From Rhodospirillaceae bacterium (GTDB lineage: Bacteria > Pseudomonadota > Alphaproteobacteria > MPNO01 > VGEU01), in assembly GCA_050249455.1 (NCBI GenBank), contig JBFWQM010000002.1:8888-72887 (forward strand): a stretch of 64,000 nucleotides of DNA. Reading direction: 5' to 3'. The notes below the pieces were generated by a model. That model saw nothing but the letters and a program-made list of their open reading frames with translations. It was not told the DNA's origin and did no database searches. Both the position numbers and the translations under genes were made by a program. Each line of letters starts with the position of its first letter. Positions within the stretch are counted from its first letter, which is position 1. Positions 53,501-60,500 of this stretch are shown piece by piece.

Positions 53501-55240
53501 CAGCCGCCCCACCTCGCCCGAGAACAGGTTGGCATAGTAGACATAGCCGTCCGGGCCCTGCGTGAAGTGGACCGGGCCATCATTGCTGGAATAGAGGAAG
53601 CGGACCTCGCGGCGGTCGTTGACGTCGATGACGTAGACTTCGCCGTCGACGATGTCGCTGAAGAAGTAGTCGTTGAGGAACTCGGCCGGATAGCGCGAGC
53701 CGGAATAGACCACGTCGCCGCCGACGATCGCCTGAACCTCGTAGCCCGGCGCGCCCTCGGAATGGTTGAAGGCGCGATAGGCCGGCGTGATATCGATCGA
53801 GCCGTTGGCGACCGCGGCATAGAACGCCGGCGCGGTGGAGAGGTTTTGGTAGCTCGGCGTCTTCTCCAGGACGCCGTTGTCGCCGCCTTCGTAGTACGGC
53901 CAGCCGAAGTTGGCGCCCGGCGGCCCGCTCTCGATCTCCTCCCAGGTGTTCCACCCGGTGTTGGTCATGTAGAGGCGGCCGTCGGAGTCGAACCCCATGG
54001 AATAGGAGTTGCGCAGGCCGAGCTGGTAGACCTTGGCGTGGTTCGACGACAGGTCGTCGCCGGGCTGGACGAACGGGTTGTCGGCGAGGCCGAGGCCGGT
54101 GATCGGATCGACGCGCAGGATCTTGCCCGACAGGCTGTCGATCTGCTGCACGCTGTGGCTACGCGGGTCGGCGGTGTTGTAGGAGGTCCCGTCGCCGACC
54201 GAGATGTACAGCATGCCGTCGGGGCCGAACGCGAGCGCGCCGCCGGCATGGCTGAGCGAATCGACCTTGATGTAGTTGTCGGTGTAGACGCCCGTCTGCG
54301 CGTTGTAGCCGGATTCCGCCTGGCTGATGTTGTCGGTGCTGTTGACGGTGCCGCCGCCGCTGATGTCGGAGAGCGAATCGCCGGCGCCGCCGACCAGGAT
54401 CGTCTTGCTGCCCGGCAGCGGCGTCGTGTAGCCGGTCGCCGGGTCGAGCGTCCAGCGCACCACCCAGGCGAAGCGGTTGCCGTCGCCGTCCGGGCCGGCG
54501 TTGCCCGTGCGCCCGGCGGTGTCCGGCGGGTCGACCACGTAAAAGGCGTAGAGGTAGGGGTTGTTCGCGAAGTCGGGGTGGAACGCGATGTCCATCAGGC
54601 CGCGGTCGGCCGCGTGGTTGACCTCCGCGCTCAGGTTCACGAAGTTCGGCAGATAGGTGCCCGTGTCGAGGTCGAAGACCCGCAGCACGCCGTCCTTCTG
54701 GGGAATGAAGACGATCGAGGGGTCGTGCGGCGAGAACTCCAGCCGCATGGGATTCTCGAGCCCGGTGATCAGCGTCTGCTGGGTGACGGCGTAGGGCGAG
54801 CTGAGCGGCGGCGCCGGCGGGTCGACCACCGGATTCTCGTCGTCCAGGATCGCCACGGTCGCCGTGCGCGGGAACAGCAGCGTCGATCCGCTGTCCACGC
54901 TGATGATCGAAAAGGCGATGGTCTCGGTGGGCTCCGACAGGCCGTCGTTGAGGATCTGCACCGGGACCAGGATGCGGTCCTGTCCGGCGGCCATCGTGAC
55001 GCTGCCGTTCCCGGCGACGAAATCCACGCCCTCGGTGGCGCTGTTTCCCGTCACGCCGTAGTTGACGACGGCGGAGCCGCTGAGATCCCCGGTGCGGACC
55101 ACCGGGACGTAGACGATGCCGTTGGCCTCGCCGACGCTGATCTCGCTTTCTTCCAGAAAGACTGTACCGGTCATGACCGGACCATGACCGGAACCGGCAC
55201 GTTCACGCATCACCCGTTCGGGTGATGCGGCAAAAAGCAA
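50033..55240 (-). CDS. giant multidomain surface or secreted protein: Calx-beta, PQQ-sugar-dehydrogenase-like propeller, three L-type-lectin-like domains interleaved with five Ig/cadherin-like domains
   Basis: Calx-beta-like block VVNYGVTGNSATEGVDFV...VQILNDGLSEPTE. Propeller blocks are DIAFHPDF, GDGT, ILRVDP, GLRNSYSMGFD and GANFGWPYYEG. ConA-like blocks (DGIAFVVHN...IEFDTYN...AADHTGF) occur three times. Units of about 103 aa (PPVAN.DSA.T..GTPV.VNVLANDSD...YTISDG) occur five times. No signal peptide. In-frame alternative starts lie at 55210 and 55174. Confidence 0.85.
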   Translation of the reverse strand: MLFAASPERVMRERAGSGHGPVMTGTVFLEESEISVGEANGIVYVPVVRTGDLSGSAVVNYGVTGNSATEGVDFVAGNGSVTMAAGQDRILVPVQILNDGLSEPTETIAFSIISVDSGSTLLFPRTATVAILDDENPVVDPPAPPLSSPYAVTQQTLITGLENPMRLEFSPHDPSIVFIPQKDGVLRVFDLDTGTYLPNFVNLSAEVNHAADRGLMDIAFHPDFANNPYLYAFYVVDPPDTAGRTGNAGPDGDGNRFAWVVRWTLDPATGYTTPLPGSKTILVGGAGDSLSDISGGGTVNSTDNISQAESGYNAQTGVYTDNYIKVDSLSHAGGALAFGPDGMLYISVGDGTSYNTADPRSHSVQQIDSLSGKILRVDPITGLGLADNPFVQPGDDLSSNHAKVYQLGLRNSYSMGFDSDGRLYMTNTGWNTWEEIESGPPGANFGWPYYEGGDNGVLEKTPSYQNLSTAPAFYAAVANGSIDITPAYRAFNHSEGAPGYEVQAIVGGDVVYSGSRYPAEFLNDYFFSDIVDGEVYVIDVNDRREVRFLYSSNDGPVHFTQGPDGYVYYANLFSGEVGRLLIADIDELDLVARGNAFYNPDDDVYTLTTAAGSHQAGMVSSTDRIDVREDFTIAFDAYLGASDSGADGIAFVVHNDPLGYNVVGVDGSGLGTMLIKNGIGIEFDTYNNLPIDWVSGVADIAADHTGFFDTDSKTGTTPVALANLEDNQWHSVVVSWDASAQTLSYTLDGVSMGSLTTDLVTTFLGGSSFAYFGVGGGTGGLANLQMVKLTSIAATYENETPGNGAPVAIADSASTATNTPVSINVLANDSDPNLDPLSIISVANPAHGTATINDNGTPANGADDFIVYTPASGYAGPDSFTYTISDGTASTVGSVSVTVNAVPPPNTPPVANPDTASTAAGTPVTVSVLANDSDANADPITIIAVSAPAHGTAVINNNGTPANPADDTIVYTPAAGYSGPDGFTYTISDGKASTVGSVGVTVTAPPPATLSLKANGSTTFDSGTGVYTLTSSTGQAGTVMTTARVDVRQNFSLAFDLNFGDRDWAADGMAFVIHNAAAGANAVGGGGSGLGIAGLANGLAIEFDTYNSPAGNRTIGVADIAADHTGFLDTDSLTGTTPVALANIEDGLWHAVSVNWNAATKVLSYTFDGVSMGSLATDMMSQYLGNSEFAYLGFGAGTGGLDNVQKLRVHNISATVQGQAPNTPPVANADSATTAAGAPVTVNVLANDSDADANPITIVAVSAPAHGTATINNNGTPANPADDTVVYTPAAGYSGPDGFTYTISDGTATTVGNVGVTITPPPNTPPVANTDTAATVAGTPVSVNVLANDSDANGDPLTIVGVTTPGHGTAAINNNGTAANPADDFIVYTPAAGYSGPDGFSYTISDGKASTVGAVNVTVNAVPPPNSPPVANNDSATTAAGTPVSVNVLGNDSDPNNDPLTIVGVTAPGHGTATINNNGTAANPADDFIVYTPAAGYSGPDSFSYTISDGAAQRAATVSVTVTPPPAVTLVAHGSATFNAATDTYTLTSTTGQSGGVTTSARVDVREDFSASFKLNFGDADWAADGMAFVIHNDPAGATVNGGAGSGLGIAGIRNGLAIEFDTYNSPAGNRTIGVADIAADHTGFLDPDALTGTTPVALPNIEDGLWHTVVVNWDSALKVLSYTFDGVSRGSLATDMMSSYLGNSEFAYLGFGAGTGGLANIQQLQVLAIDATFV

Positions 55241-55413
55241 TCGACTTTCCTGTGAGCAAGTCCCGAATCGGCGACGCGCCGCCGGAGGTCGGGATTTCCC
55301 TTATCCGCCAAGCCTCCGGCGCCGTCGCGCGCGCCAATCCGCCGTCGCGCCTTCCCCGACCATCGCCTATAGTCGGCGCAAACCGATTCGCCGCTTGCCA
55401 GGGAGCCGCCCTC

Positions 55414-56451
55414 ATGCCCGAACTTCTGCCCACCACCGTCGTCGGCAGCTACGTCCAGCCCGACTGGCTGGTCGACCGCGACAATCTGAAGGGCCGTCTG
55501 CCGCCGCGGGTGCGGGCGAAGGAGATGTGGCGCATCCCGGCGCCGTGGCTGGAGGAAGCGCAGGACGACGCGACCCTGCTCGCCATCCGCGACATGGAGC
55601 GGGCGGGGGTGGACATCATCTCCGACGGCGAGGTGCGGCGGGAGAGCTATTCCAACCACTTCGCCACCGCGCTGGACGGCATCGACATCGACCGGCCGGG
55701 CACCGCGATCGACCGCACCGGCCATGCCAACCCCGTGCCTCGCATCGCCGGGCCGATCCGCCGCACCCGCCCGGTGGAGCGGCGCGACGTCGAGTTCCTG
55801 CGCGCCAACACCGACCGGCGGATCAAGATCACCATCCCCGGCCCGTTCACCATGACCCAGCAGGCCCAGAACGACCACTACGCGGACGACGCCGCGGCAG
55901 CGATGGACTATGCGGCGGCGGTCAACGCCGAGATCAGGGACCTGTTCGCCGCCGGCGCCGACGTGGTGCAGCTCGACGAGCCCTACATGCAGGCGCGTCC
56001 GGACAAGGCCAAGACCTACGCCATCAAGGCGATCAACCGGGCGCTGGAGGGGGTCGGCGGCACCACCGCGGTGCACCTCTGCTTCGGCTACGCCCACATC
56101 GTCCACAACCGGCCGTCGACCGGCTACTCGTTCCTGCCTGAGCTGGAGGATTGCGCCGTCCAGCAGGTCTCGATCGAGGCGGCGCAGCCCGACCTCGACG
56201 TCGCGGTGCTGAAGTCGCTGCCGACCAAGACCGTCATCCTCGGCGTCATCAATAACGGCGACCCGGCGGTCGAGACGCCGGAGACGGTCGCCGCGCGCAT
56301 CCGCAAGGCGCTCAAGGCGGTGCCGGCGGAGCGCCTGGTGATCGCGCCGGACTGCGGCATGAAGTACCTGCCGCGGGCGACGGCGTTCGGCAAGCTCAGG
56401 GCGATGGTCGACGGCACCCGCATCGTGCGCCGCGAGCTCGGGGGCGGTTGA
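55414..56451 (+). CDS. MetE C-terminal-domain-like Zn-dependent transferase, copy 2
   Basis: Start MPELLPTTVVGSYVQP. It aligns with copy 1 along its whole length at roughly 70% identity by eye. HLCFGY and APDCGMKY are conserved. Confidence 0.8.
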   Translation: MPELLPTTVVGSYVQPDWLVDRDNLKGRLPPRVRAKEMWRIPAPWLEEAQDDATLLAIRDMERAGVDIISDGEVRRESYSNHFATALDGIDIDRPGTAIDRTGHANPVPRIAGPIRRTRPVERRDVEFLRANTDRRIKITIPGPFTMTQQAQNDHYADDAAAAMDYAAAVNAEIRDLFAAGADVVQLDEPYMQARPDKAKTYAIKAINRALEGVGGTTAVHLCFGYAHIVHNRPSTGYSFLPELEDCAVQQVSIEAAQPDLDVAVLKSLPTKTVILGVINNGDPAVETPETVAARIRKALKAVPAERLVIAPDCGMKYLPRATAFGKLRAMVDGTRIVRRELGGG

Positions 56452-56531
56452 GGCGGTGGATCGCCGGGCTTTTCGAGCGGCCCGGCGGTTGGATAAGATG
56501 ATGTCTCGCGAAACGACCGCGGAGCGAACGG

Positions 56532-56840
56532 ATGGACGAGAGGCGCTATCACGACATGGGCGGGCTGACGGCCGGTCCTGTGGAGGCATCGACGCATGAT
56601 GCCGAGCCGTGGCAGAAGCTGCTTACCGCCTCCCGCAACGCGCTGGGCGACCGCTACTGCCGGGTGGACGAACTGCGCCGGGCGATCGAGGACCTGCCGG
56701 CGGCGCAGTACGACCTGCCCTATTTCGAGAAGTGGGCCTGCGCGCTGGCGAACCTCTACGTCGAGAAGGGGCTGTTCACCCGCGAGGAGCTGACGGCGAA
56801 GATGGACGCGGTGCGGCGGCGGATGCGCGAGGCGGCATGA
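56532..56840 (+). CDS. nitrile hydratase-family beta subunit, N-terminal-half polypeptide
   Basis: Contains YHDMGG (compare the HDLGG start of NHase beta), EPWQ and DELRRAIEDLPAAQYDLPYFEKWACALANLYVEKGLFTREEL. 102 aa. ATGA overlap with the next ORF. Confidence 0.75.
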   Translation: MDERRYHDMGGLTAGPVEASTHDAEPWQKLLTASRNALGDRYCRVDELRRAIEDLPAAQYDLPYFEKWACALANLYVEKGLFTREELTAKMDAVRRRMREAA

Positions 56841-57121
56841 GCCTGAGATACGCCGTCGGCGACCGGGTCACCATCAAGCGGACGCACCCACCCGGCCACC
56901 GCCGCACGCCGTTCTACATCCGCGGCAAGACCGGCGTGATCGAGCGCTACGCCGGCGCCTTCCCCAACCCGGAGGAGCTGGCCTACGGATTCGACGGGCT
57001 GCCGGCGCGCCCGCTCTACCGGGTGCGCTTCAGACAGAAGGACATCTGGCCGAAATACGACGGGCCGGAACACGACACCCTCGACCTCGAGGTCTTCGAG
57101 CACTGGCTGGAGCCGGCGTGA
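56837..57121 (+). CDS. nitrile hydratase-family beta subunit, C-terminal-half (SH3-like) polypeptide
   Basis: Contains GDRVTIKRTHPPGHRRTPFYIRGKTGVIE...YRVRF...LDLEVFEHWLEP, which matches the C-terminal domain pattern of NHase beta. 94 aa. Confidence 0.75.
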   Translation: MSLRYAVGDRVTIKRTHPPGHRRTPFYIRGKTGVIERYAGAFPNPEELAYGFDGLPARPLYRVRFRQKDIWPKYDGPEHDTLDLEVFEHWLEPA

Positions 57122-57146
57122 CCGGCACGGCGCGAAGGAGCAGGCG

Positions 57147-57806
57147 ATGAGCGACGAACGCGACACCCACGGCCACGCGCACGGCCACGACCACCCGCAC
57201 GACCACAACCATCCGCACGAGGCGATCGAGGCCGACGAGTCGGCCAACGAGTTCGCGGTGATGGCCGAGGCGATGAAGGAGCTCCTGATCGAGCACGGCT
57301 ACATCACCGCCGACGACGTGCGCACCGCGCTGGAGTACATGGACAGCCGCGACCCCGCGATGGGCGCGCGGGTGGTCGCCAAGGCGTGGACCGACCCGAC
57401 CTTCAAGGCGCGGCTGATCGACGACGCGCCGTCGGCGTGCAAGGAGCTCGGCATCGACGTCAGCCCCGCGCACCTCGTGGTGGTGGAAAACACGCCGCAG
57501 ATCCACAACGTCATCGTCTGCACGCTGTGCTCGTGCTACCCGCGCACGCTGCTGGGCCTGCCGCCCGACTGGTACAAGTCGCGCGCCTACCGCTCGCGCG
57601 TGGTGATCGAGCCGCGCACGGTGCTGAAGGAGTTCGGCACCGAGCTGCCCGGCAACGTCACCGTGCGGGTGCACGATTCCAACGCCGACCTGCGCTACAT
57701 CGTGCTGCCGATGCAGCCCAAGGGCACCGAGGGCTGGAGCGAGGACAGGCTCGCCGCCCTGGTCAGCCGCGACGCCATGGTCGGCGTCACGCTGCCGCAC
57801 GCTTGA
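57147..57806 (+). CDS. nitrile hydratase-family alpha subunit (Co-type-like VCTLCSCYP centre) with a His-rich N-terminal extension
   Basis: Contains the metal-binding claw IVCTLCSCYPRTLLGLPPDWYKS. The N-terminus is MSDERDTHGHAHGHDHPHDHNHPHE. Confidence 0.85.
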   Translation: MSDERDTHGHAHGHDHPHDHNHPHEAIEADESANEFAVMAEAMKELLIEHGYITADDVRTALEYMDSRDPAMGARVVAKAWTDPTFKARLIDDAPSACKELGIDVSPAHLVVVENTPQIHNVIVCTLCSCYPRTLLGLPPDWYKSRAYRSRVVIEPRTVLKEFGTELPGNVTVRVHDSNADLRYIVLPMQPKGTEGWSEDRLAALVSRDAMVGVTLPHA

Positions 57807-57825
57807 CCGCAAGGGAGCGACATCG

Positions 57826-58200
57826 ATGCCGCGCGCGCGCCTGCGCCATCTCGCCATCCTGACCGAGGACGTCGACAAGCTGGTGAAGTTCTACATGGAC
57901 TCCTTCGGCATGGAGATTGTGGACGGGGTCGGCACCGCCACCTACCTGACCGACGGCCACATCAACCTCGCGATCATCCCGATCGGGCCGGAGCGCGAGA
58001 TCGAGGGCGACCACCTGAGGGTCGGCATCAACCACTTCGGCTTCGAGGTGGAGAGCGTCGCGGAGGTGGCGCCGGTTGCGCTCGGCTCCGGCGCCTCCGA
58101 CCAGGTGCGCAAGCGCCCGCCCAACCGCGAGGCCGAGTATCGCGTCCACGACCCCGACGGCAACCCGATCGACCTGTCCCAGCACGGCTGGCCGCACTGA
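57826..58200 (+). CDS. VOC (glyoxalase-fold) family protein
   Basis: Contains LRHLAILTEDVDKLVKFYMDSFGM and INHFGFEVES. It resembles the VOC gene at 9458-9859. Confidence 0.75.
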   Translation: MPRARLRHLAILTEDVDKLVKFYMDSFGMEIVDGVGTATYLTDGHINLAIIPIGPEREIEGDHLRVGINHFGFEVESVAEVAPVALGSGASDQVRKRPPNREAEYRVHDPDGNPIDLSQHGWPH

Positions 58201-58228
58201 CCCGGCGCTGATGCATCGACGGTGCGAG

Positions 58229-58257
58229 GGGGCGGGCGACGAACCCGCCCCTTTTTT
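58229..58257 (+). terminator. rho-independent terminator after the NHase/VOC operon (between convergent genes)
   Basis: The stem GGGGCGGG-cgacgaa-CCCGCCCC is followed by TTTTTT. Confidence 0.75.
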
Positions 58258-58269
58258 ATTTCGGGCGGC

Positions 58270-59190
58270 CTATGTGGTCTGCGGCCGTGCGGGCGCGGGA
58301 CGGGCGGGCATCCAGGTGGCGAGCACGATGCCGCCGAGGATCAGCGCCGCCGCGGCGATGTGGAACCAGGCGAACGTCTCGCCCAGGAACAGTATCGCGA
58401 ACAGCGAGCCGAACACGGGGTAGAGGTTGCCGAGATAGCCGGCCGCCGCCGCGCCCGCCCGCAGGACGCCCAGGTTCCACAGGGTGAACCCGAACACGCT
58501 GGCGACGACGCCGACATAGGCGAGCAGCGCGATCGTCGTCGGGTTCAGCGGCATGGTGCCGACGGTGGCCATCTCCCACGCCAGCAGCGGCGCCAGCGCC
58601 ACGAGACCGACCACGAACATCACCACCTGGAAGCCCATCAGGTCCATGCCGGGCGGCATCTTGCGCAGCAGCAGGATGTGCCCCGCCCACATGACGATGG
58701 CGCCCATGATCCACACGTCGCCGACATTGAGCTGCAGCCGCAACAGCACGGACGGGTCGCCGCGCCCGACGATCAGCACCAGCCCGCCGAAGCACAGCAC
58801 GATGCCGGCGACCTGGCGCGGGGTGATCCGGCTGCGGAAGAACAGCCATGCGCCAGTCAGCACCATCGCCGGCAGCGCGCCCGCCATCAGCGACCCCTGC
58901 ACCGCCGTCGTCGTCTGCAGCCCGATGTAGTAGAACGTGTTGAAGCCGGCGATGGCGACCAGGCCGATCGCGACGCAGAACCGCCAGTGCCGGACGTAGA
59001 GCAGGCGGTCCCGGCGCAGGCCGCGCAGCGCGAACGGCAGCACCACCACCAGCGCAATGGTCCAGCGCGCGAAGTTCAGCGCGACCGGCGGGATGTCGAC
59101 CGACGACGCGGCTCGGCCGATCACCGCATTGCCGCCCCACAGGGCGACGGCGAGGATCGCGAAGACGTAACCCCAGGCGCTGCGGCTCAT
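58270..59190 (-). CDS. DMT-superfamily (EamA-like) transporter
   Basis: Start MSRSAWGYVFAILAVALWGGN. Ten hydrophobic helices. The upstream part of the 435-aa track ORF looks non-coding. Confidence 0.8.
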   Translation of the reverse strand: MSRSAWGYVFAILAVALWGGNAVIGRAASSVDIPPVALNFARWTIALVVVLPFALRGLRRDRLLYVRHWRFCVAIGLVAIAGFNTFYYIGLQTTTAVQGSLMAGALPAMVLTGAWLFFRSRITPRQVAGIVLCFGGLVLIVGRGDPSVLLRLQLNVGDVWIMGAIVMWAGHILLLRKMPPGMDLMGFQVVMFVVGLVALAPLLAWEMATVGTMPLNPTTIALLAYVGVVASVFGFTLWNLGVLRAGAAAAGYLGNLYPVFGSLFAILFLGETFAWFHIAAAALILGGIVLATWMPARPAPARPQTT

Positions 59191-59296
59191 GTGCCTGTCT
59201 AGCCCAGCCGCAGCGGCGGGTCCACCTTGGTCATGTTGTCGCAGCGACGCGGCCGCATGCGGCCGCGCGTCGTCGGCCGCCTTATCTTCGATTTCC

Positions 59297-60022
59297 ATGG
59301 ACGATGGGACCAGGACCTGGTCGGCCGCGTCTGAAACGGCCGAATGCGTGAGCGCCCCGCCGCGGCCGACCCGGCCGGTGGTGGTTTGGGACCTACCGAC
59401 GCGCGTCTTCCACTGGACCGTCGTCGGCGCCGTGCTGCTGGGCTGGCTGACCGCCGAAGCGCCCGGCATCTGGTTCGCGCTGCACAAGCTCGCCGGCTTC
59501 GTAATCCTGGTCGCGCTGCTGTTCCGCGTGGTGTGGGGCATCGGCGGCAGCCGCCATTCGCGCTTCAGCGACTTCATCTATTCGTGGCCCGCGGTGCGGG
59601 CGCAGGTTGCGGACGCCATCCGTCTCCGCGCGCGGCCGCACGTGGGGCACACGCCCGCCGGCGGCTGGATGATCGTCGCGCTGCTGCTGACATTGGCCAC
59701 GATCGCGATTTCCGGCCTGTTCGCCGCCGCGCGCGATGTCGCCGGCCCGCTGGCGGCCGTGCTGCCCGCGGCGCTGTCGCACCTCGCGAAGGAAGTGCAC
59801 GAGACCGCGTTCAACATCCTGCTGTTCCTTGTCGTCGTGCATGTCTGCGGCGTCGTCGCAGAAGCCGCGCTGACCGGCGCGCGGCTGGTGCGTGCGATGT
59901 GGACCGGCCGCAAGGACCTGACGCCCGAGCAGGCGGCGGGGGAAGGGCGCCTCGTCGCCGTACGTTGGGCGGTCGCCGCGGCGGTCGCGGCCGCGGTGCT
60001 CGTCCTCGGCGCGTTCGGCTGA
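59297..60022 (+). CDS. cytochrome b (b561 / Ni-Fe-hydrogenase b-type cytochrome-like) membrane protein
   Basis: Start MDDGTRTW. Four TM helices carry conserved His residues (VFHWT, LHKLAG, VHETAF, VVHVCG). Confidence 0.7.
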   Translation: MDDGTRTWSAASETAECVSAPPRPTRPVVVWDLPTRVFHWTVVGAVLLGWLTAEAPGIWFALHKLAGFVILVALLFRVVWGIGGSRHSRFSDFIYSWPAVRAQVADAIRLRARPHVGHTPAGGWMIVALLLTLATIAISGLFAAARDVAGPLAAVLPAALSHLAKEVHETAFNILLFLVVVHVCGVVAEAALTGARLVRAMWTGRKDLTPEQAAGEGRLVAVRWAVAAAVAAAVLVLGAFG

Positions 60023-60025
60023 CCG

Positions 60026-60400
60026 ATGGGCCGCTGGCTGATCTGGGCCGGCCTCAACGGCCTGATCGCTGTGGCGGCCGGCGCTTTCGCCGCGCATGCG
60101 CTGCAGGCGACGCTGGAGCCGAAGGCGCTCGGGTGGATCGAGACTGCCTCGCGCTACGAGCTTGCGCATGCGCTGGCGCTGCTTTGGGTCGCGGTCCTGG
60201 CGCGCGACGACGTCTCGCCGTGGATCGCCCGCGCCGGTTGGCTGTTCGCCGCCGGCACGGTGCTGTTCTGCGGCAGCCTCTACGCGCTCGCCTTCACCGG
60301 GATGCGTCCGTTCGCGTGGGTCACGCCGCTCGGCGGGCTTGCCTTCCTCGCCGGCTGGGCCGCGCTGATCGCGGCGGGGCTCGCCGCGAAGCGTCGCTAG
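60026..60400 (+). CDS. DUF423 (YgdD-like) small membrane protein
   Basis: 124 aa with four TM helices. Contains GAFAAHAL...ASRYELAHALAL. Confidence 0.75.
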   Translation: MGRWLIWAGLNGLIAVAAGAFAAHALQATLEPKALGWIETASRYELAHALALLWVAVLARDDVSPWIARAGWLFAAGTVLFCGSLYALAFTGMRPFAWVTPLGGLAFLAGWAALIAAGLAAKRR

Positions 60401-60500
60401 AGCTTTATCCGATCAGGTTTGATCGGATACCGCTCTCGGTTCTTCGTTGGTCGCATTCTCTGCGGCGAACCGGATTCCACTTCGCCGGATAATGCTCTAG
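60397..60500. repeat. 104-bp MITE-like element with 15-bp terminal inverted repeats
   Basis: The left TIR is CTAGAGCTTTATCCG. The right TIR is CGGATAATGCTCTAG, a 14/15 inverted match. The internal perfect hairpin is TATCCGATCA-ggtt-TGATCGGATA (60406-60429). Confidence 0.55.

Noticed and set aside
50237-55225. 1,662-aa plus-strand ORF across the giant-gene locus
   Set aside because: It is the antisense frame of the repeat-rich giant gene. It translates to a monotonous RGVDA-type sequence, whereas the minus-strand frame gives clean Calx-beta, propeller, lectin-like and Ig-like modules.
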